Assembly: GCA_024704765.1 (NCBI GenBank)
Contig: JAKMXF010000221.1
Location: 186,001 to 250,000, forward strand
Reading direction: 5' to 3'
Length of the DNA stretch: 64,000 nucleotides
From: Oopsacas minuta
Lineage: Eukaryota > Animalia > Porifera
The notes beneath the pieces are model-generated. The model was not told where the DNA came from, searched no databases, and saw nothing but the letters and a program-made list of their open reading frames with translations. Positions 1 to 10,221 of the stretch are shown here, piece after piece. The position numbers and the translations under genes were made by a program. Within the stretch, counting starts at the first letter, position 1. Every line of letters starts with the position of its first letter.

Positions 1-2
1 TT

Positions 3-3000
3 TCTATTCTCTCAAATATTTGTTATTCTGAATGTTCGTTCCTGCAGCAACTCGCTGGTCTTGAAGAATCATTTGCTCATGGATTACAGAAACTCCTCAG
101 GAGTGCTTCTTACACGCTACACTCCAACACTCTCATGCAGTGGTTAGGACAAGATCCTTTCGAAGAGACAGGGTGATCACAATTAAATACTTTAAGCTCA
201 AATGACTGTTTTGAATACCGTTATATTATTTTTAGTACTTTAAAAGAAGCTTGGAATTTAATTGGAGAATGCCTTTCTCTCACTGCTAAGCATCATCTCG
301 AGAAGGTAGCTACGAATATACATGTTACTGGTACAAGAATTATAGAAATAAGAAATATATTAATTGATATTATTCAGGCTTATTTATTGAAACAAACTGT
401 CGCAGAACCTCTCAGTGAGACCAAACAACAGTTAGATGATATTAAGAAGCAAGTATGTTATATATTACTGAACGGATAATTTGTGTTACTTTTCCGTTTC
501 GTTAGAATCTTAAAGAAACAAAGTTTGCATCGACAAAGAAACTAAAGCAACAGTTGAAAACAGTGAGTATAATTGTATAATATATTACTCCTGATGTTAT
601 GCATCTGTCAATCTAGGAAAAATTAAAGTTTGAGGCGATTACTACAGAGTATAGCAAACTGAGAGGACAACTTGATTTCCCAGGTAAATCCATTTTATAT
701 TTGATTACTTGCTAGCTAGAGTGAACACGTTATTTTCTTCACTTCTTTCCAAAGAAAGAGTGGACAGGATGTCATCTAAGAATCCTCAGAAGGTTTGATC
801 TACTATACATATAATTATATTTTATATTGCATCTTTCTTTTTCCCTTTGAATGTGTTAATTGTACGTTTACACGTATTTTATTGCTACATATTCTGGGGA
901 AATTGGGAGAAGGTGACCCTGTTCATTATATTTGAACCGCATTAGCTTGAAGAGCAGATTAATGTTATTGAAGCACAGCTCCAAGATCAAGAACATCTGT
1001 AAGTTTATTATACGCACACATCTGATGTTTACTGTAATAATTATTATATGGATGTTTTGTTAGATGTACAAAATTGAAACAAGAATACATCATAGCGGAA
1101 AGAGGGGCTAATCTCCAACTTGAATATGTTTACAATGTGAGTGGGCTATTTTTGCATAAGATATCATATCTTATCAGTATATGAGTAATATCACAGTATA
1201 AGAGTAATATCAAAGTACATAAGTAATATCATATAAGTAATATCTTTGAAATAGTTATCACATGTAACTCCCAATTACATAAGAGAAATTTGTGATTATA
1301 ATTATTACCACAGCATGTAATCAAATTACTTTACGATTTTTCCCTTTTCAATGTTGTATATATGATAAATCATATAACTATTCTATCGATTTTTAGCTCA
1401 GAATGAATTATACACGAATCCACCCTAAAATAATTTTGACAGTATTCTCAATTTCTCTTATTATATGTATCGTATTATTAATATTTTATCTTTTCTGGTT
1501 TGTTTATTTCGCGAACGAGGTGCGTTACTTGAAGAAGAAGTTGTGGAGGATAAAACAGGGACGTAGCAATTATGAAAATGACACTCTTTTTATCAAATAC
1601 GAATCTGAATATATTAAGAACAGACTCATGTTATTCGTGACTATTCTTGAACCATTATCCTTTCTTCCAACATTCATAGAAATATTAACTCAGGAATTTT
1701 TTATGGATCCTCTGGAGCAAAGAGAAATTCTAATTAAATGGGTGTTAATTTTAAGTCAGAATGTTTGGTTTTCTCTCACATCCATCATCTACTTAACTTC
1801 GATCTACTTACTCAATCTGCTAACATTTTACCAGATTAACCTACTGCAGAACACGAATGATATAACTTTATTAAAACGAAAACTACGACATTTATTAATA
1901 TTTTCAATTATCCTCGTAGTCATGGCTTTTAGTGTAATTGCCTCCATTATCTCACAGTTTATTGCCGTAGTCCTTATTTCATACTATACGGTTACTCTGA
2001 TCAGGAAAGCGAAGTGTCTTTATACCTTGTTGAAGTTCCGTTACAAAGATTCACTCTTGCATCATAATAATATCCCTCTCCAGAGAGCTCAGATGAAGAT
2101 TGCATTCCGTTATAAGTACTTCAATATCCTCTTACTGACTGGCTTCTGTATTTTATTCGTTTCACTTTGGGTGAATTTCTTCACCGCTTTATTATCCGTT
2201 TTCAGATATCCCTCTTTTCATAGATTCATTAAAATACATAGTCCTGAGACCATTAAAGTAATGATTGATCTTATAGAAGTAATTCGCATGCTTAATGTAA
2301 CTATAGATTTTCTAGCTTTTTCAATACTAATACCCACATTGATTGTATTTACTATTATTTTTATATCAAAAAGTTTTAAGAAAACTTATTATTGATTTGC
2401 TGTTTGTTTGGATATTAACTGAATTAAATTATATTAATAGACAATACATGATTCTGAGTGGATTAGAATATCGAAAATTAGGACTTCTCTAGTTGAATTT
2501 TCAAAGTGAGTTCTTAACAATTTGTACTATTTATGAAATATTTATTTATTAACAAAAACAATAGGGTCTATTCAAATACTGGTCCTGTCTACCTTCAATA
2601 TTGTCAGAAACTTGCTCTACGTATGTATGACATAGATGCAGGCAAAGACATTCATGAATTTGTACTGGCTCATGAACAGTTTATTTATTCTCAAAACTCA
2701 GAAACTAATAATTTTGAGGTAATATTATTCTAGAATTCATTTATTATATTATTTATTTCCGTTTGCATAAAATTTGTTCATTTTAGGATTTGAACAGTCA
2801 TCCAACAGGTAAATAATAAATATACACAAATTGGTTAGGTGTTATGTGTATTTATTTCTAATTAAACAGATTGCATTATTAAGAAATCTCCAAAGAATGT
2901 TTCCAGCTCTAATTCTCATCCGCTGACTCATTCTGATAAAAGAGATTTCTCTCCAAAGGAGGACACACCTGGTAATACAATTTCTAAGAAACCACCATCT

Positions 3001-3991
3001 CCTCCAAAAACACTCCCAACACCACCAAAACCTAATATAACGAAGTCTGGCAGGCAAATAACTCATCCCATACAACCTAGTGAGCCTCCAGCCTCTGTAT
3101 TCTCTTCTACTGTATTACCCAAGCCACCATCTCCTGCACCTGCACCTACTCCTGCCCCTCCCCCTTCTCGCATACTACACACATCTACTGTAGACAGTAG
3201 CAAAAGCGATATTCCACCTCCTAACACTACACAGAATGAGACTTGTAGACATAATGCAGATACTGATTCGGTTAAGTCTAAGATAGAGGCTCCTACTCCC
3301 TATCCAGATTTACCTATCTTACACAAAGAGCTAAAAGGAACTGAGTCTAACATTAATGAGAGTTAGTTACTATAATAATTATATTTATCTTAGCATTTAA
3401 TTGCATTATATTCAGTTGTATTGATGCAAGAAAAGTTAATAAAGATGAGTGAAGCTAATGACTACTATAGGATCATTAATGGGAGTCCTGAAGATGAATT
3501 AGAACATTTAGATGAATTGAGACGTAATATTACTAAGAGATTACATCCTGATCAATTTGCAGAACAGCCTGAACTACAACGCAAGTAAAATATCTTTAAT
3601 TCTTTGTTTTAATACTTAAAATATTCATTTATTTATTTATTTATTTATTCATTTATTTATTGTAGAGCAAATAGCAAACTTAGCTATCTAAACACAATAT
3701 TTACAGATGTTCTATCTAAGGAAGAAATCCGTAAGATATATAACATTCTATGTCAGTATCGAAAGGTAACAGAAATATCTATTAAAATTTTGGAATTTTT
3801 ACTACTTTTATTTACAACTGTAGGCATACTCCCAGATCACCTCGCAAGACATGAACTCTCTTAAAGTAGCAATGGAAAAGTTCCAAAAGATTTACAGGTT
3901 CTTCAAGAAGAATGAAGTTCCCGTTCAACTTATCCAAGAGGTAGAAATGGCTCTTAAGCTCCTCAATGCTTGTATTAAGAAAGTCAGGTAA
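3..3991 (+). CDS. F-BAR (NOSTRIN/PSTPIP-like) + proline-rich linker + DnaJ-domain protein, 5'-partial, multi-exon
   Basis: Phase-consistent GT-AG exon chain assembled by hand: 3-172, 236-305, 378-452, 506-562, 617-683, 755-792, 946-998, 1064-1136, 2441-2505, 2565-2718, 2787-2808, 2870-3361, 3416-3584, 3666-3765, 3824-3991. F-BAR-like motifs GTLKEAW, LEYVYNTIHDSEWIRISKI and DIDAGKDIHEFV. J-domain DYYRII...KRLHPDQF...VLSKEEIRKIYN. Confidence 0.75.
1179..1245. repeat. Imperfect intronic minisatellite with core AGTAATATC, 4 copies
   Basis: agtaatatc recurs four times at 13-19 nt spacing. Confidence 0.7.
1403..2395 (+). CDS. Intronless 330-aa protein with about 7 TM helices (GPCR-like topology, no recognisable family motif), nested in the F-BAR gene intron 1137-2440
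   Basis: Long open ORF with seven hydrophobic stretches separated by basic loops. No DRY or NPxxY motif. Confidence 0.7.
   Translation: MNYTRIHPKIILTVFSISLIICIVLLIFYLFWFVYFANEVRYLKKKLWRIKQGRSNYENDTLFIKYESEYIKNRLMLFVTILEPLSFLPTFIEILTQEFFMDPLEQREILIKWVLILSQNVWFSLTSIIYLTSIYLLNLLTFYQINLLQNTNDITLLKRKLRHLLIFSIILVVMAFSVIASIISQFIAVVLISYYTVTLIRKAKCLYTLLKFRYKDSLLHHNNIPLQRAQMKIAFRYKYFNILLLTGFCILFVSLWVNFFTALLSVFRYPSFHRFIKIHSPETIKVMIDLIEVIRMLNVTIDFLAFSILIPTLIVFTIIFISKSFKKTYY
3626..3660. repeat. (ATTT)n intronic microsatellite
   Basis: Run of atttatttattt in intron 3585-3665. Confidence 0.85.
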
Positions 3992-4181
3992 CAATACTAT
4001 TACAGCAACTTGAATACTTGTAGAGTTATTTTTCCATTCAAGACATAGATTTGTGTAATAATTATTACAGATATTTTACAACTGGTATATTATTTTTAAC
4101 TAAAATATACGTATTTGCTTGTATTTTATGTTTGAGCCTTTCTGCGCATCATAATACATATACTATAACCTCAGTTTATAT

Positions 4182-4982
4182 ATGACTACAAAATCAGAGC
4201 AAGTACTAAGCGTAGAGCATGAAGAGGTTATCCCAGATTTAGCCGGAGAACTACTGACTGCTTACAATGCACAAGATGTTGCTATAAAGAACAAGCAACA
4301 GCTGATTAGAAGTACAAATGAAGAGACTGTAAGAGAGACTGTACGGTGTCGTGAGTTAGAGAGTGAGCTCGCTACTATTAACAGGAAAGTTTACTGTGCT
4401 GTAGAGGAGAACAAGGGGTATGAAGCAAAATGTGCTGAGCTATGGGAAGGATTGAATGTAGCATTGAAGAGGAAATTAGATTCAAATCAGTTATTGAGTG
4501 ATATGAAACAAGAAATTTTGGAGAAGAAGAGAAAATTTGAGGATTATACTAAAAAAATGGAAGAGTATGAGAGATGTCTAGAAATTGTTGAAAGAAAGAG
4601 CAGTGAGTATAAAATGTTGGAGGAAGCTAAAATAGAGTTAGAAAATATTACAAACGAGATTCATAGCAAAAATGAGATCAACTTAGATGAGAAAATTGAA
4701 AAGTTGAAAAGTAGAATTTTGGAAGAGGAAAATAAAGAAACAGAGCTGGATGTTAGAAAATCCCAGCTAGATGAAAGGATTGTGGAGATGGAAAGTAAAA
4801 TTGAAAGTATTGAAAGGGAAAAATATATTTATGTAAGAAGAAATCAAGCACAGCTGATTCTTATGCAGAGACAGCTACAAGAGGGTAACCTCAGTTTAGA
4901 GAAGAAGTCGGATCAGCTGAGACAGCTGACTAGACAGAGAAATCAGCTGAGAGGAGGTTACCAGCAGGAAATGAACAGCTGA
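4182..4982 (+). CDS. 266-aa intronless coiled-coil protein of unknown function (weak resemblance to CCDC122-like proteins)
   Basis: E/K-rich heptad pattern along most of the ORF. Confidence 0.7.
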   Translation: MTTKSEQVLSVEHEEVIPDLAGELLTAYNAQDVAIKNKQQLIRSTNEETVRETVRCRELESELATINRKVYCAVEENKGYEAKCAELWEGLNVALKRKLDSNQLLSDMKQEILEKKRKFEDYTKKMEEYERCLEIVERKSSEYKMLEEAKIELENITNEIHSKNEINLDEKIEKLKSRILEEENKETELDVRKSQLDERIVEMESKIESIEREKYIYVRRNQAQLILMQRQLQEGNLSLEKKSDQLRQLTRQRNQLRGGYQQEMNS

Positions 4983-5154
4983 GAAGTATGCAAATGTTGA
5001 TTATATATAATAATGGAGTATATCACTTTCATGGAAGATTGTAAGTAATTATAATAATAAAATACTCATATACCAATCTAGATAATACTGACACATTAAA
5101 ATATGTATTTGTGTTATGAAATTAATAGTGAGAAAATATATTAGAACACCATAA

Positions 5155-6087
5155 ATGGCAACAAGTGAAACAACTAATCCAATGCCTGTATTCACTGAGC
5201 CAGTGAAATGTGTGCTAACAGAGCCTGACATTGACAAGTGGAAAGAATCAACAGGCTACCAGGACCTGATTAGCTTCATACAGTACTTAGGTAAAGCAGT
5301 TGAGAGTAAGAAAATATCAAACGATTGCACTGAATCACCAGGAGTAAAGGGAATAATGACAATATTAGATAAACTCAATTTGTGGGTGAGTGAGATCCCA
5401 CCAGAAGATCAGCCTCAGAGATTCGGGAATAAATCATATCGTGTTTGGCATGCTAGATTAACTGACTCGTCTACAGAGCTAATACAATCTATCCTACCTG
5501 AATCTTTACAGCCTGCTCTAATTGAGTTAAGACCCTACCTCCTAGATTCTTTCGGAAATCCTACTCGGATAGATTACGGTACTGGTCATGAAGCTTCATT
5601 TACAATTTTTGTATTATGTCTAATGAAGCTTGGCGTGTTACTGCAATCTGATGCACAGGCTGTGGTTACTCGTATATTCTACAAATATCTCTCCTTAATG
5701 AGATTGCTACAGAGTACATATCGCATGGAACCAGCTGGATCACAGGGCGTATGGGGCTTAGACGATTTCCAGTTTCTCTCATTCATATGGGGTGCATGGC
5801 AACTGGTGGGACAGTCAGATCTTAAGCCAGAATCCTTCCTGGACAAAGTTATATGCAGAGATATGGCTGATGAATATTTATTCTTCGGTTGCATTGATTC
5901 TATTAACAAGACTAAGAGTGGACCATTCTATGAGCACTCTAACTCATTGTGGGGAATTAGCAGTGTTACTGAGTGGAAAAAGGTCAGCTCAGGGCTACTA
6001 CAGATGTATAAATCAGATGTACTATGCAAATACCCTGTTATTCAACACATCCCATTTGGTACTCTCTTTTCTTTTCAGAAATCGTAA
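5155..6087 (+). CDS. PTPA: Serine/threonine-protein phosphatase 2A activator (PTPA/PPP2R4)
   Basis: Motifs QPQRFGNKSYRVWH, SFGNPTRIDYGTGHE, YRMEPAGSQGVWGLDDFQFL, KYPVIQH. Confidence 0.97.
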   Translation: MATSETTNPMPVFTEPVKCVLTEPDIDKWKESTGYQDLISFIQYLGKAVESKKISNDCTESPGVKGIMTILDKLNLWVSEIPPEDQPQRFGNKSYRVWHARLTDSSTELIQSILPESLQPALIELRPYLLDSFGNPTRIDYGTGHEASFTIFVLCLMKLGVLLQSDAQAVVTRIFYKYLSLMRLLQSTYRMEPAGSQGVWGLDDFQFLSFIWGAWQLVGQSDLKPESFLDKVICRDMADEYLFFGCIDSINKTKSGPFYEHSNSLWGISSVTEWKKVSSGLLQMYKSDVLCKYPVIQHIPFGTLFSFQKS

Positions 6088-6382
6088 TTAATTACAATGT
6101 TGTTTTCTGTATTATTGCGATATATATTATATTTCTGCACTGGTACATATGATATACGCATTACTATAAAGTAAATAAACCTATTCACTTACCGTTACCC
6201 GTACACACAAATTAATCCTTCTAATATCTGATTCCTCTCATAATACAAATCGACACACAATAATATTCGTACATAAATATAATATAAAAACAAATTCTCA
6301 TCTCTAACTCTAAACCCAATGAGTGCTTATATATAACATGAGAATCTACGGATAAACTACAACTATCAAGACAGAGAGGACA

Positions 6383-9300
6383 CTATAATACTACGTCATC
6401 AGGATTCACAAAATCTTCACTTAAGATTTTCTCCCATCCCACTCTATCCGCTAGTTTGACTGTGAAACTAAGTTTATCGTTAAAGAGGGGAGTCTGGAAT
6501 AGTTTAACTGACTGAGACCGACTTTGTCGACTTTTCTTTAGTAACCTCATATAGCTCAATAAGCTCGTCGTTTTCTCCTGTAGATTAGTACAGTTTTGGT
6601 TAGCCCAGTTAAAGTTGTACTTGGGGGTGAGGTTAATGCCTGGTAGAAATGAGTACGTTTTATCAACAGTAATCATCCGTTCATTATCCAAATCATGTGT
6701 AGCCATGCCACTGCTGATAGCTTCAAAGTAATCATTGAATCCTAGCTTCTCTACGTCCAGATGAAAGCTCTCGTCTGAGTCTTCCAAAGGAACAAGGAAT
6801 GAGGGAGAAAATGAATCATTGAAATTGACTTTAGCTAGTCCATCCCAATCATCTATCTCCAATCCGTAATCTTGAAATATGTATTCTCTATCCTGGCTAG
6901 GATATACAAAAATACGTTTAGTATAGAATTCTTCGATTATATCTGTTGCTAATTGAAGGGTAGCATCCAAATCTTGCTTTACCATCCTGATTCTGCCATA
7001 ACCAATAGATGGAGACACTAAATGGAAGTTTCTTCTTCTCTTTTCCATCTTCTTATCTAAAACTGTGTTCAGACTATCCATCTGGTTTCTAATCAGTGAC
7101 ACACTTTCATTATGATTACTCAGATTCGCACTATAACCCAATGGCACTAATATATTGTCAATAAAGTGGTTGTATGTGTTGCCAGGCTGTGATAGAAGTG
7201 TTTTCATAAACTGATTATATAATTGTATCTCCTTCAGCTCCAGGTCATATTCCAACTTTATCAATGCTTGAGATGGATTGATTTGATAATAATAATCCGT
7301 GGCTAAGCCTGGTCCAGAGGTTCTCCTTGCTACGAATGAATTAGTGACAGGAACACGAGCTCTTGGTTTGATGACAACAATATACATAAATAGGTCCCAC
7401 ATATACCGTGCACTTCTACGTATACACGCGAGCAGCACTGTGCTAATAGATAATATAGGCATCAATAGTATGATAAGTATTGCAACGATTAGTTGCAAGG
7501 CTACTCGTATTCCCAGTTTGTATATTGCGAAATAAAACAATGGAAAGACCTTTCCCTTAGGGTTACGATCAGTCCCATCTTCATACTGCCAATCGTATAT
7601 CAGAGTCCTTACCAGGATGATGAGGAGAGAGACGAGTAAGTACCATATCGGATATGTGATTATCAGTACTATCCCCAGTAATATTACGATAATGCATAAC
7701 AATGGGAAGAATATGGAAATGAGGAGAGTCCCAAAACATCCGTAAATCACATACAAATAGAATCTGTTGACAAAACGAGTCATGTTCTTTGGGAGAAATC
7801 CACTATCTGGTTGTCTCTCGAAATTTAACCTCCTCTTCGCGATATTCTCCCACAAAGATCGTATCTTAGTGACGTATGTGCCTCCAAAGCTACTTGCATA
7901 GATATTACCAGTTCTTTGGTCTAGTGAGTATCCATTAGGATATTTATACCAGAGGAAGAGTGCGCTTAAGCTGAATGGGCCTTTTAATACCATTCCTACT
8001 AGCAAGAAAAATAGAAGATTCATGAACCAGGTGTAGAACGAAACGAAATACTTACGCCATCTCCAACCAGGATACTTACTCGTTACTGTCAGTCTTTGCC
8101 ATTTGTCAATGTTATAATTGTTACTTGAAGTACTAATGTAATTTGGAGGAGCATCTAGGATTTGAATATCCGTTTTCCTTTCTCCAGTTTTTCTATTTGT
8201 AATAATATAGTTCTTTGGATTCCAAATCATTCTTTTGAATTCTGTATTAACGGTGGTATAGTTCTCTTTAGAGAGCCGAACTATCAATTGCGGGAGAGTA
8301 TTGTGGAAATCTTCTCCTCGTTTTATAAAGTATTTCCATTCTGGTCCAATAGATTCATCTTCTCCCAACTTATTTAATAAATTTACGAATGTATTTTCAT
8401 TTCTTGTGACCACTTGTCTTGCTGCTAACATTCTTTCTTCTAACCATTGATCACATTTTGATCTGATAGTATTATTCTCTTTCAGTGAATTCCTTATTCT
8501 AGCCAAAGCTGATTCTATCCTCTCTTTCTCGTTCTTTATTTCCTCTTGGATAACACTGAGGCCTCTTAAATACGTTTCAATTACTTTAGATTCTTGTCGA
8601 GAAACAGTAGACCAAGCAGTGCCTGCATTTTGCTTCAAGGCAGTAATGAGACTGGTTAGGTATTCTTCATCAAATGTTCTTTGAATAGTCTCCACTATCT
8701 CACCATCTTCCATTCCCTTCTCTCGATACTCCTTTATGAGTCCCTGAACTCTTTTGGGTGGATAACCAGATTTGATTTCTACTGCTACAGTTCTGAATAT
8801 ATCTTGTTGATTTGTATCTAACCACCAGGAAGTGACTGCCAATAAATTCAATTTATCATCGTTTTCATTTGAATAGACATGTGGACATTTGTTCCTTACG
8901 TCTAATCTCTGGACATCAGTCAATGGGAGACTAACATGAATGTTTTTCGTTTTGAAGAAATTCTCGAATTTATAAGATTCGGATAAATTCTTGAATTTCA
9001 ATCCCAGTGCCTTTAATTGATTCGGATCAGACACCTGTATCCCAGCTGTCAGAGCATTGAACATCTCATTTTCGATATTAAAATTCGGATTACGAATTTG
9101 CCCCCCAATCAGTGAATTGTAGACAAAGTGGAAAGCGTAACCCAAGTTTTCTATTGCATCTCTAATACTCAATCCTTTTCCTATGATGCGATCTCTAGCA
9201 ATAATGAAGCTAAAGTAGTATGCTCTCGCCAGAAAATTCTTGAAATCATTATTGGATGGTTCATTACCCCTTTGAAGTAATTGTGTAAGCTTCCAGACAT

Positions 9301-9992
9301 GTTTAGCTCCCGGGAAGTTCTTTGAGAGGACAGAGAATGTTCCATTTCTTCTGATTTCTTGTAGTTGGTCTTGATTGAGCTTTTTAAGGTTCCCATCCTC
9401 TCCAGTTGCTAATTGTCTGATTTCGTTTGGGTCTGGAGCAATGAAGACGTTCAATTCTGCTGACTTCTCTTCTCCTGTGAATAATCTCTCTTTCAATTGT
9501 GAGCTAGGAGGGATGATAGGCAATATATTGTAGAGCCAAAGTTTCCCGTCTGAGAGATCTTCTATCTGTCACAAACAATTAATATGTATTACTGAAAGTA
9601 TATTTTAACATAACTTGACCTACCTGGCTAAGAACTGGATGAAACTCAGGCAGTGATTTCGCAAAGCTGACCTCCATCCTGAGTGGTTTCACAAGATGAT
9701 CTCCTCCAGCTTCTCTTCCGTGTGACGTCATATCTTTATACTCTGCATGTATATTTGGTTCTGCGATTGCACTCATGAGAGCATCTGGTAGATTGAGGCT
9801 AGGAGGACCAGATACTCTGAACAGCTTATGTTTCTTGGGATGTATTTCATCTTCTTCGGGTACTGTTTCTTCTCTCCTACTTGTCTCATCTTTTATTGTC
9901 CGGATTTCCTTCTCCACGTCTACTGCAGGAGGAGACTTATCTTCCAAATCATCTTCTGTTCTTAACAATTCGTAATCAGTTGAAGCAGACAT
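6383..9992 (-). CDS. Uncharacterised 1183-aa protein with a central multi-TM block; exons 9992-9624 and 9565-6383
   Basis: The two ORFs join in phase 0 across a 58-nt GT-AG intron (9623-9566). Hydrophobic helices flank the motifs KYPGWRWRK and RRTSGPGLATDYYYQI. Confidence 0.8.
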
Positions 9993-10221
9993 TCTAAACA
10001 CTGCTAAGTTCGAATAGTTTATATTTTAACAAATACTTTGAATGGACACTGACAACATATATCATATATCCAAGCCATATACATACTACAACTGAGACTA
10101 ATACTCGGCTAATTAATTAATTCACACTTTGTTACAAATTGCAACCTAATATCTAAATCTCACCCCTAAGACAAATTCAAATTCTAGTCCAGCCAATACA
10201 AAGAGACAAAGGAGTTCTGAA
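9993..10221. promoter_or_regulatory. Probable bidirectional promoter
   Basis: 229-nt head-to-head gap between the ATG at 9992 (-) and the ATG at 10222 (+). Confidence 0.45.
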
